A stretch of 64,000 nucleotides of DNA from Fistulifera solaris (taxonomy: Eukaryota). The notes under the pieces were generated by a model. The model was given only the letters and a program-made list of their open reading frames with translations, was not told the origin of the DNA and searched no databases. The translations under genes were made by a program, and so were the position numbers. Positions 35,062 through 46,132 of the stretch are shown piece after piece; positions within the stretch are counted from its first letter, which is position 1; each line of letters opens with the position of its first letter. Where the stretch lies: positions 1,736,001 to 1,800,000 of the forward strand of contig AP026162.1 in the NCBI GenBank assembly GCA_030295235.1. The letters run 5' to 3'.

Positions 35062-38000
35062 ATGTCAAAGCCACGGCCTATTCCTCTGACGCGTCCCTTA
35101 CGGTCGACACCGGACGAAGCGGAGCCATCCTTTTCGTTCGAAGAAGAGTCGTATTTGTCGAACCGAGCTGTCGACTTTGAAGACGATTTTCACCGTCGTT
35201 TGACGGGCACTCGTCGCGAAGAAAGTGGTGGGAGCAGCTTCTGGAGAGCGTCGAGTGTGAATAGTGTCGCCGCTACTCCTTCTTTCAATAGTGTTCATCT
35301 TCGGGGGAAAAGCGATGTGAATGTGAAAGAACGAAAAGCAAACGTGATACCGGCCCCACCAACGCCACAGCCGGTTGCGAGAATGTCGAGCGCCGAAAGT
35401 CTAACCGGAAATAGTAATGTACGTATTTCAGTCGGGTTGAGTTGGTTCTGTAAATGACGCTCACTTGTTTACTTCTTTCTTATTATTTTTTCTCTTTGCA
35501 GTGGCCGGATCGACGAGATTCTAGTCTGTCCGCAAATTCATCTACCTCTCAAAAGCACAAGAAAGATGTCACACGACAGAGAGCTGCGGATCGACGTTTG
35601 AAATTGGATGCTCAGGGTTCAACGCTAGACGCGGGGCACATCATCGACAATGACGCTAGCTTCTCGTTTCAGCTTCCGAACTTTGCGCAAATGGTCCATG
35701 CAACCAGCCTCGATCGGTCGTCGAGTGATCAGTCGACTGGTTCGCTGCTTTATGGAAAATCTCCGGGTGGGACATTTATTGGAAAGTCCTCGTCGCTCAT
35801 ATTTCCAACCGGTCTCAATACGAATGGCGACAATGACAATGAAGCAGCAAAGGCAAAAAGACGCAGAATTAATCTGGCGCTCGATCAATGTGAGGCTGTA
35901 CGATTTCCATTCAAGAAGAAACTCATCTTGACGAATCTAGATCTCTCGGCTGCTGACATACCGTTGAAGGACTTGTGCGGAACATCGTTGGGCAATACAT
36001 TGTATAAGTTATCTCTTTCAGGAAATAGACTCGGAACGGTCCCCGCGCGCTTGGTACAAAACCTACCTGTACTGAAGCATCTTGATCTTTCGCAATGCGA
36101 ATTGAGTCAGCTGCCGGAAAAATGGAACCTTCCTAAGCTGTCGCAACTCAATTTAAGCCACAACGGCTTTACTGAGTTTCCCGATGAGGTAAGCAATTTG
36201 AGGAAATCTAACGTTTTTGGTTTTTTTTGCTTCAACCTAACTCATCCACAATATTGCAATAGATGATACTCGCTGGGCTTCCCGAGCTGCAGGAGCTGAA
36301 TATGTACGCTAATAAAGTTTCAGAAATTATCATACCTGCAAACCCGAAATTACTGTCCAAGCTAGAAAAGCTTGACCTTGGATACAACGATCTTGTAAGC
36401 ATACCACCAGAGCTTGACCAGCTGAAATCATTGAAGGTCCTTCGCGTCATGAACAACTTTTTAGCGAAAGTTCCAATGCGCGTTTGTGAAATGGACTTGA
36501 AAAGCATTGATGTTTCTAGTAACCCGATTACAGAACCGCCTGCGGAAACATGCGAGCGCGGTATCTGTTCAATGAGAAGATATTGGCATTGTATCCGCAT
36601 GGAAGAACAATCAAAGCAAAAGGCCATAGAAGAGGCATCTAAGAAAGTACAAAAACAATCGAAGAAACGAGAAACCAAAAAGAAGTACGGTGGGCTTGGT
36701 TTAATGTTTCAGGGGAAATCGAAAGCAAAAGTCCCGGAGAGCGATTCTTCTGTGCATTCGCATACTTCGCCGTCCGTTATTCAACGAAAGCAGATAGAAT
36801 CTTCCGCGTCCTTTCGATTGGAGGATGAGTCTCCGTCTAAGTCTACGTTGGGGATGGTCAGTGACGAAAACATTGAAGGAGCAAATAACGACACCTCAAC
36901 TGACAAGGCCACATTCAGCGCATCTGATGTTGGTAAAGAGGAGCTTGAAGAACAAGATCGTGTTACTGTTAATGACACGCTGAAGGTTATCTTTGTTGGT
37001 AAGTAATGGGATTGTACGATGAATGTTTTTTCGCGTTTTCTTTGCTAATCGTACGGTTACGATTTTAGGCATGGCCATGGCAGGCAAAACATCGATGATA
37101 AAGCGCTTGATTGAGGGGACAGATGCCATTGTTCCTACACGGGACGAACGCACAATTGGGGTCGATATTTATCAGTGGAATCCAAAGGATGATGCTCGTT
37201 TTGAGCACATTGATTCTCGCATCGAATTTCAAGATCAAGAGTTGTCTCAAACATGTGGTGATGTTGACGTAAAATTTAGTGTCTGGGATTTCGCAGGTGT
37301 GTAAAACTATCCGAAAGCTGAACACAATTTAAATATTTCAAGCTGTTTCGCTGACTCCACTTACTCAAACTAACGATTACAGGTCAACACGTATACCATG
37401 CAACTCACGAGCTTTTCTTCTCATCAAGAGCTCTATATGTTCTTGTGTGGGATATGGGTGTGGGCAACCCTGCTACACAGAAAAGTCAGAAAGCTGTCAA
37501 CGACAGCGGTGCCTTTTCATTATACGACTCTGACGAAGAGGACGACGAAGACGATATTAGAGCAGAAGAAGAAGCTCGTCGTGCTGATAGAGCTTTGGAG
37601 CACGATATCGACGAAAAGGTTCAATTCTGGATTGACTCTATACAATCATCGGCTCCTGGGGCAGCTATTCTTCCTGTGGCTTCATTTGCTGATTATTTCG
37701 GAAATGAGTTAGAACACGAGGCGAAGCGTCGTTGTAGTATCCTAAAACAGCGCCTATTAAAGCACGAAGAAAGAAGAATCAAAGGTCTGAAGGAGCGCTA
37801 CAAAGATTACATCGACCAAAACCGTGCAGACGATCCGGCTGCGATTCGCTTGCGCAAATTACTTTGTCCTTTTATCAGACCGAAACTAATTTTTGGAGAC
37901 AACGATGACAACAGTGTTGTTCGCGTAAGCGGGACGAAGTATACTGGCTTTGATGTTTTGACTGAGAGAATTATCAGTATTGCAACAGGGCGCTATAAGG

Positions 38001-40493
38001 TACAAAAGTTTCCTATTTTTCACGGTCATGTTGGTGCCAGAATCCCTCGGATGCGCTTGGAAGTTCGAGAAGAAGTACGAAAAATGCGTGAAAAGTTTAA
38101 GGTTGTTGAATGGGGCCATTTCGTTAACACCCTCAAGGATCGCGGTTTGACGAATATTGAAGACATAAGTGATGCTTTGCACTTTTTGACGAATACGGGT
38201 GAACTCTCTTACTTTGGCTCTGTGATGACAACCAAAGCATTACCATGCAGTACCGGGACAAGTCCTCAACGCGAAGAAATAGATCGCAGTGATCAGGATG
38301 ATGACAATTACGATGATGATGCTTTACTGTCGATGGACGATACAAGTATCACCGCTCCGATTACAGAGGATGGTTCTTTGACCACGATAGAAGATTACAT
38401 GTCAAATGGTCTATCGCAGTTCGTCTTTTGAATCCTAGATGGCTAGTCGCTGCTGTCGCTTGCATTCTTCGTCATGATCTTGACCGCGAAATCAAAGAAA
38501 CACGACGCCAACTGATGTCGACAGAGGAAGGAGGGTGGTCAAAGAACTCAAACTTTTATGAAGCACATTTGAATTGCCCCGTCATTACTGACGAGGACGC
38601 TTGTATGTTGTGGAAGGCGAAGCGAATAACCAAATTAGCTGCAAAGAAGGCCGAAGAGTATTCCCATGACATGACAGTCACCCCATTTGAATTTCTCCAG
38701 CTTCTTCTCATCCGTTTCGGTGTATTCGTGCCCATCGACTTGACGATTGACAAGGCATTGTTGGGCGGCAAGGAGTACTCTAGATGCGCTGATACATTAT
38801 GTCCCGTTGAACAAGTCCTTGATACGACCCCTTTGGAAATTATTACGACGATAGATCATGGCGATAGCCCAAAGTCAAAATTTTTCTTCCTGCCGAGTCT
38901 ACTAGGACCGTGCGAACCCGCAGATGCATGGACGTACAAGACTACCGACTCGTGGAAGACCACTTTATGTCACTCTGTTCTTTTCCCCGATGGTATCCCT
39001 CCTGGTCTCATGGAACGACTTACTGCTAATGTTCTCAGCTCAATTTATGCCGCCACAAGAAATACTGATGCAAGCTCAAAGGCAACGCTGACACAGCAAG
39101 GCTTGGCAACTTGCGAAGGGCAAATGTCCGTAAAGAAATATTGTGCTGGCGCACGGCTTTCTACATTAAACTAGGAACACTGATCACAGCAAGTGACGGA
39201 ACGAAAACAGAAAGTGTGGTAGAAATCTTCACTCATCTTGCCGACAGGGATTCCCATCTCTGCGTTGGAGCGGATGACATGGCCGTCGGAATGCGTCGTC
39301 TTATAACAAGTGGAAGAGGTCAAGTTGGAGACGGTGGTAGAAAGATTTGGAAGGGAGGTTATTTGCTTGTATGTAAATGCATCCAGCGAGTCATGGAAGC
39401 ATATGGCGGTCTAGAATTCGAAAAGCAAGGATTTTGCCCAGAATGCTTGGCGAAAAAGTCTATTGGAGAGGCGAGCTCTTGGGATCATACTGCAATAAGA
39501 GCTGCGGTAAGAGATTCCGAGTCGACGCTTCGATGTCATCATGGCCATCGCGTCGACACACGATTTGTTGCCGGACCTGTTGATTCTTTCCTTAAAACGA
39601 ATCAGGATCTTATGGTTAAAACGGTGGATGCAGTCGATACAGTCGTCCCAGTGAAAGACATTTTACCAGCTGTTGTGGTGGTAGGTCTTTGGGATGGGAA
39701 AAGTCGAAAGGTTGTCAGAGTAGGCTCAGGATTCATTGTTGACAAAAAGCGAGGTTTGATTGTCACCGCAAGTCACACGCTAATTAACATTTGGGGAGAT
39801 AAGAATTACCCATATGGCGAAAACTATTACGGTCTACCACAAGGTAAAGTCGTGATCGGTGTCATCCCAGACAAGGATTCAGAGGAATGGAACGGAAAGG
39901 ATCTTGCAGTGTTTCGCTACTTTGCTAAAATCGTGGCGAAAGACCCTCGTTTGGATCACGGGGAATGTCATTTGGATGCTTGTGTTCTTCGCATAACCAC
40001 TCGCTTGGAGAATGACGTCGACGGCAACGGAGATGGATGTGGTGACCAACCCGAAATTCTTCTTTTGAATAACGACAAGGCGATGAAGAAGGAGCAGCTT
40101 CGATCTCTCAAAGTGACCGAAAAGTGCGAGATAGAAGAGCAAGTTCGAATTGTTGGGTATAATCAAGGAGGCAATGGTCTTTTAGGACCAGGAGAGAGTT
40201 TGAATAGATGTGTCGACTTTGCTCGGGGTTATATATGCATGAAATTTACACACGACGATCTAGAATCGGGAACGTTTAGCAATAGCGGGCGTCGAGACCG
40301 CTTCAAACCTAAAGAAGAAGTTGTAGTGATTTGCCCAACAATCGGAGGGCACAGTGGAGGCCCATGTGTGAACCAACAAGGCGAGGTTATTGGAATTCTA
40401 AGTAGGGCAGACCCAGCTGAAAGCCAGCGATGCTACATCTCTCCTGCGCATGAATGGAAGCACCTGGTAAAAGAAGCGAAAAGCAAGATGTAA
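35062..40493 (+). CDS. Roco protein: LRR - Roc GTPase - COR - trypsin-like serine protease
   Basis: LRRs: LSLSGNRL, LDLSQCEL, LDLGYNDL. Roc: VIFVG|MAMAGKTS, RTIGVDI, VWDFAG|QHVYHATHELFF. COR: NPRWL, FFLPSLL, PPGLMERL. Protease: GSGFIV, TASH, DACVL, GHSGGP. Introns 35419-35501, 36189-36262, 36999-37068, 37297-37382; indels ~38425 and ~39135. Confidence 0.9.
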
Positions 40494-40656
40494 ATCAAGT
40501 TTACTTTAGATCATTACTTTTGTTCAATCTTCCCGTTGTCGTTCGTCACCCTCTTCTAGAGTCCTTAGCTCGACACCAGATAAAACTAAAGAGCCTCGTG
40601 CTCCGTAAATATATTCTCTGGAGAACGCCTTTACTTCGAATGGCCATTGCAACCTA

Positions 40657-41297
40657 TTATTTGTCGTCGGTGTTGGGAAGCCAATTTCCAAACATATTCT
40701 CGAAGTCTGATTGTGCCTTGTCGGCTGCAGTATCAAAAAAGCCTTTGTCGCTATTCCAATCGTAGCCCGGGATAAATCTATTGGTGGTCCGGGGGTTTTA
40801 GCATAATTCCTCGCCTTTCCATCACCCCATGGCTCGGGCGACACCTCCGAAAACAAGTCGAGCTTTGAATTTTGAAATTGGTACCGCTCCAGCAGTTCCT
40901 CGACTTCTGCTTGATTCGATCCTTCAACCCGCGCCACACGATTTCCCTGGTAGAACATATCATATGTCGGCCATACATTGACTGCAGCCTGACCGAGAAG
41001 AATATTCGCATTTTCGTACTCCGCGAAGCATCTCAAAAACAGTGTGGCCGGATTGGCTCGAGCCAGACGCTCATACTCTGCTTCAGTCGCCTTACAATCG
41101 CTATTAACGGCGCTCGTAAATTTTACAACAGTCACAATACCATCAGGTCGTTCTGGAAGGGGCTGGGCTGCCAGTTTAACAATCTGACGAATGAAAAACC
41201 TTAGTTTGTGACGGCAAATAGTCGATGATTGATAAAGGCAAGTTGTGCGTACCTCTTCCAGCTGCTCATAGGTACTACCGTGCCGAAGAGTCGACAT
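40657..41297 (-). CDS. Atypical thioredoxin-fold protein; further 5' exons likely (up to ~41820)
   Basis: VVKFTS..DCK....YERLAR..P..LFL, V.VWPTY.MFYQGNRVARVEG; no CxxC. The C-terminus FIPGYDW..NWLP follows an indel. Confidence 0.65.
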
Positions 41298-42624
41298 TGT
41301 GAGAAAGGATGATCTATCATAGGATGTCCTTCAGAGAAGCATACTCACTTAAATTCTTTCACCATGTATGAACCCGCACTCTCCCCATAATAATCCCCTC
41401 GAGCATCACCGACCCACCGCCTGCTTTCTCGAGATTGCGTTTTTGGGCTAAAATCGATAATAATATACGTCACTTTAGAATGAGGCAACGAATACGATAT
41501 CCTACATCATGTTTCTAATTTTGCAGACTTACGGAACCGCATAGCATTCCACAAGGGACAAAGTAGCGAGCAGAAAAATAACGGTGAATGTGATACGTCG
41601 ACATTCCATTTTTCGAGGAATTAAAGCTTGAACCTAGGACAAAAACGAATAAGAAATCAGGGAGCTCAAGCGAAGGATCAGCAATATTATACAATGACAG
41701 GTCGTCCTTCTTCCTCCAGCAAGTTGTTAGAAGATAATAAATGCTTTTCCTCAATACCAGGTAATATTTGAAGCAACACTCACTCGCGCAATAAACATAC
41801 GCTTGGCCTTGGCTGCATTTTTTTGTTTTCCTTTAGTGTGCACTATCAAGTAAAGTGTACAACTACCGTGATTTAACTTCAGTCCCGGGATTAATTCCCA
41901 CTATTCAAAACTCCGTACTTGTATCTATGAATGATTTGAAGGGACATACTTACTTTTGTGACTGACTTTTGACAAGCTATAAAGCGTGTATGATTTTATT
42001 GGTACAAATATTGCTTCTACGGTGGCTGCTGAATTCATTTACGTTGAGAATCTTGCAAGAGTCGTGACTACTACTCAACTTGAAGGCAATCCCGACAAGT
42101 CGAAACAAATATTCGTGATAAAGTTAATTCGTCACCAAAAGATATAACTTATCAGTGAAAGGGAATAGCTTGGTTTCGATAGAGTAGCTGACGGTTTGAA
42201 AGATGAAGATCTTACTAGTGCCTCTAGAGTCGAGACTAGAGCATTATTATTCTACAAGGGATAGGGATCATATTGTAAAAACGACCATTGCTCTTGACAG
42301 GAAATAATGCCGCGCCAAATTTGTTGTCCGAGAAAAGTTTTGTGTACACTTCCAGACGCGGTAACTGCAAGCCAGCCTGGTCTACTATCTAACGAGCAGT
42401 AGCCGGAAAAGACCCAATGAGTCTTGACTATGGGTCGTTTACACTCATTCTTGTCAAGTGCGACACGAACGATACGTTTTCGACTAAAGGGATTTAAGTA
42501 TTAAGGTACTGGCGGGATTCAACGAGCGGTTGTGTTTCATTTTTTCTTCAAACTTGTCACAATTTCAAAGAAAGCAAACATCACAACAACAGTGGAATCA
42601 GAGTTTCCCAGGTCAAGTCAATCA

Positions 42625-44141
42625 ATGATGCCAGGAAGTAAGCAATGGTGGCTTTTTGTTCTTGCGTTGGTCAGCGCAACATGCTTTGCCAGAACAGCCG
42701 AAGTAACTGACCGAACAGAAGCCGCAGACCGAAGTGCAGCCCTGAGACGAAGTCTCATGATCCACGACATGTACCATGATTTAAGTATGAGTTTGAGCAT
42801 GAGTATGAGCATGAAATATGCTAAAGGAAAGAAGTCGAAGAAATCGAAAGGTAGCAAGAGCAGCAAAGGAAAAGGAGCTCCTTCAAAGTCTGTGAAAGGC
42901 AAGGGTAAAGAGCCACCGGTGGAGTCTCCAAAAGGCAAGGGAAAAGAGACTTCTCCAGAATCTACGAAAGGAAAGGGGAAAGGAACCGCTTCAGAGTCTA
43001 CAAAAGGAAAAGGAAAAGGAAAAGGAACCACTTCAGAGTCTACAAAAGGAAAGGGTACCAGCTCAAAGAAGTCGAAAGGAAAAGGAAAAGGTGCAGCGCC
43101 CACACCAGACGGTAAGCAATCCTTTGTGACTTGCGACACGCACTATCTGCTTGGTAAATTCTGACTTTTGTTTATTCCGCAGTTGCTCCATCGCCGACAG
43201 CAAGCATTGCGCCCAATGCACCTTCGGCGCCTTCAGCACCATCTGCCCCATCTCCATCTGTACCTACGGCAACACCTCCTACTCCACCCACAGCGGGAGA
43301 TATTGGAATCGTTCTCGAGCCTTACGACGTCCTTTATACAATTGAGCAAACGAGAATTCCCAACCAGGCGGATTATCGAGGCGTGACAGAACTCACTCAA
43401 GCTTACCTTGATGGATTCTTTGCCGGGGTACTAGATTTGTCAACCGACATCATGTTCTCTTCCAGTACAACGACCAACACAGACAGAACATTCCGCCTTG
43501 GTCAACCTGTCAGGGTGGAATACAACACTACGATCTTTTTGTCATCTCTATCCTCGGTGGTCCCTGGTGAGGATGAATTAAATGCACTACTCATGAGCGC
43601 ATTTCAGCAACAAAATGCCGAATACCTCGAAGCTGTCCAGGGTTTGTCTCGTGTCAACATCTTTTCAACGACAACTACCGCTGAATTTGTCGAATCGACC
43701 CGCACCGATGAAATGGAAAATGAGGCCGAGGGTTCCGACAGTTCCGAGGGAGACTCATCGTCAACACCTGTCGGTATGATTTCCGCAGCGGCAGCTGGTG
43801 CAATGGTTCTGTTTGCCACCGGATACGTTGCCTACCGTCGAAGCATTTCAGAGGATGAGCCAGCAGGCAAGTTCTTTGACCAAGATGGCCATGTTACAGT
43901 GGCAGGAGAGACCTATACCGGAGATACGTATACTGGGGCTTCATGCATGGATTCACACTCTGGAGCGGGAAATACACATTCTTATTCTCCTCGTAATTGG
44001 GACGAGACATCAGAATATATGCAGGAAGCCGGCTTACATATACCGACTTTACAAGAGACCCCTTTTGAAGATATACCTGTTGACGACGATGATGATTACT
44101 CCGAAGAAACTTGTGAAAGTTACGACTACGTGCAGCCGTAG
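42625..44141 (+). CDS. Type-I membrane protein A: signal peptide, RXL, Lys/Gly/Ser-rich block, Pro-rich linker, lumenal domain, TM, acidic tail
   Basis: RRSL, MSLSMSMSM, repeated ESTKGKGK. Intron 43112-43182 splices in frame. TM ISAAAAGAMVLFATGYVAY-RR. Confidence 0.8.
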
Positions 44142-44214
44142 AGCACGGCCCGCATCTAATAATGTATTTAATATAGTTTATGTTCAACCACTTCACGCAC
44201 AAATCATTAAGATG

Positions 44215-45795
44215 CTAAAGTAATGGTGTAGTATCTGTGAGCCTAGTCCTCAACAATTCCGGTGCCTCATCTATTGTCGGCGGCCAGGGCTTCCCTGCAC
44301 AAACATGTTCGACTTCCGCGATGGTCCTCGGACAAAGCGTATAGTTGACACAACCGCAATCGGATACACATATTACGTCTTCAAGTCGTATGCCCCCAAA
44401 TCCCCGATATTCATCAATTTTATTCGAATCTAAATAACCTTTCAGAGGTGATCCGTCGGCTAGCGCTTCATCGAGTAGATGATCAATGAAATAGCACCCC
44501 GGTTCGACTGTCAACGTCATACCTTCTTCAAGATAACGCGCTGTTCTAAGTGATTTAAGCCCGGGGAGCTGTATACGCATTTGCTTTCCGGGTAAATAGC
44601 CGCCTACGTCGTGGGTATCGATACCAATAAGATGTCCAAGTCCATGCGGCATGAACACTGCCCCCAGCCGAATTTCGACCAGCTCGTCCAGAGACTTATC
44701 ATGCAGTTTAATCAGTCCAATATTCGCAAGTGCTTGAATGATCGTTTTCTCGGCTGTTTTGTGACATGCAACCCATGAAACACCTGGCTTGATCATTCGG
44801 TACACTTCAATCTGCGCCTGCAAAACTGCTTCATAGATCTGTCGTTGCTTGATTGAAAATTTGCCGTTCACCGGGAAGCTGCATGTCACATCACTACCGT
44901 ATCCAAAGTATTCGGCGCCCATGTCAAATAAACAGATATCACCATCTAAACTTTGTCTCGCATTCGGCTCACCGGCATGCCCATAATGCAAGACAGCCGA
45001 ATTAGGGCCACAGCCGCATATTGGAGTATAACCTACCAGACGACAGCCGTAGTTGTAGTAGCAATAGTGACGAAATAGCGATTCCGCTTGATACTCCATC
45101 ATTCCGGGTTGCATGTTCCGCATCACATACGCGTGTGCAAAAGACGTGACTTCGGTTACATGTTGAATCAAAGACCGTTCTGTCGAGCTCTTCACGACAC
45201 GACATTCCGCTAGGATTGGAAACAACGTCTTCGTATCCAACAAGTCTTTCAGCTTTTCGCTATCTATAATATCCACTGGAGGCTGATACATCTTCCCCGA
45301 ATCCGAATTTAAACCGTTCATGAGAAAGATCTTTGGAGTCTCTGGGCCGTGAGCGTTAACATTGCTGGTCGGTTGTTGTGAACAAGCTCGAAATAAATCA
45401 TCCTCAACATCTTCAGCATACTTGACATGATCCACACAGTAAAGCGATTGCCACTCTTGAGGATTTCGAATACGACCCATGATGGTGGCATAAGAAGGCG
45501 GATACTTTGGGATGTACAGGGTCGTTTCGCCAGTACGGATATCGATTGACATGGAGCAATCTGGCTCCTTCACTCCCGAAAGATACCAGAAATACGATTC
45601 TTGACGAAAGATTGGCTCATGATCCGAGTCAAAACGAGTTTCGCTTGGGCCTCCTTTCAAATAAATGATCCCTTCCTGCACGTTCGCGGCGCGCATCTTG
45701 TCACGAAGCTTCTTGCGGTTCGCGACGAAAACGTCATTCACTGGCACCTGATAGGTTTCGCGTCCCATGGAGAACACTGAGACTGAAGAAGTCAT
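44215..45795 (-). CDS. PEPD: Xaa-Pro dipeptidase (prolidase, M24B)
   Basis: FRQESYFWYL.GV.EP, LFDMGAEY..YGSDVTCSFP, PHGLGH.IG.DTHDVGGY, TVEPGCYF, GGIRLED. Confidence 0.95.
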   Translation of the reverse strand: MTSSVSVFSMGRETYQVPVNDVFVANRKKLRDKMRAANVQEGIIYLKGGPSETRFDSDHEPIFRQESYFWYLSGVKEPDCSMSIDIRTGETTLYIPKYPPSYATIMGRIRNPQEWQSLYCVDHVKYAEDVEDDLFRACSQQPTSNVNAHGPETPKIFLMNGLNSDSGKMYQPPVDIIDSEKLKDLLDTKTLFPILAECRVVKSSTERSLIQHVTEVTSFAHAYVMRNMQPGMMEYQAESLFRHYCYYNYGCRLVGYTPICGCGPNSAVLHYGHAGEPNARQSLDGDICLFDMGAEYFGYGSDVTCSFPVNGKFSIKQRQIYEAVLQAQIEVYRMIKPGVSWVACHKTAEKTIIQALANIGLIKLHDKSLDELVEIRLGAVFMPHGLGHLIGIDTHDVGGYLPGKQMRIQLPGLKSLRTARYLEEGMTLTVEPGCYFIDHLLDEALADGSPLKGYLDSNKIDEYRGFGGIRLEDVICVSDCGCVNYTLCPRTIAEVEHVCAGKPWPPTIDEAPELLRTRLTDTTPLL

Positions 45796-46132
45796 GATGA
45801 ACTATTGAGCGGGAAGTTGTGTTGTTTGTATAATCAAGAACACCATGATGTTGTTGTCATCAATTATTTTTTCTTTTTGTCGTCGTTATCGAATCCACTC
45901 GTGTCTCAAAAGTGCAATGCGTGACAGAAATCTGAGTACCGCTCTCGGTTCGACCGTTGAACAATAAAATTTATTGCTGGTGCGACAGATTTGAATTTGA
46001 AAACTTTTTCATCGCGCAAAATTTGAAACTCAACGGTGCACCTCGTTCGTTCGTCCCAACAAATGCACGCCTTCTCTTTTTGTGATTTCCATCAAGCATG
46101 GACAAGCTATTTATGAAGTAAAACGAATAACC

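Noticed and set aside
42618..43139. Minus-strand (PF)n ORF
   Set aside because: It is the antisense shadow of the KGKG repeats.
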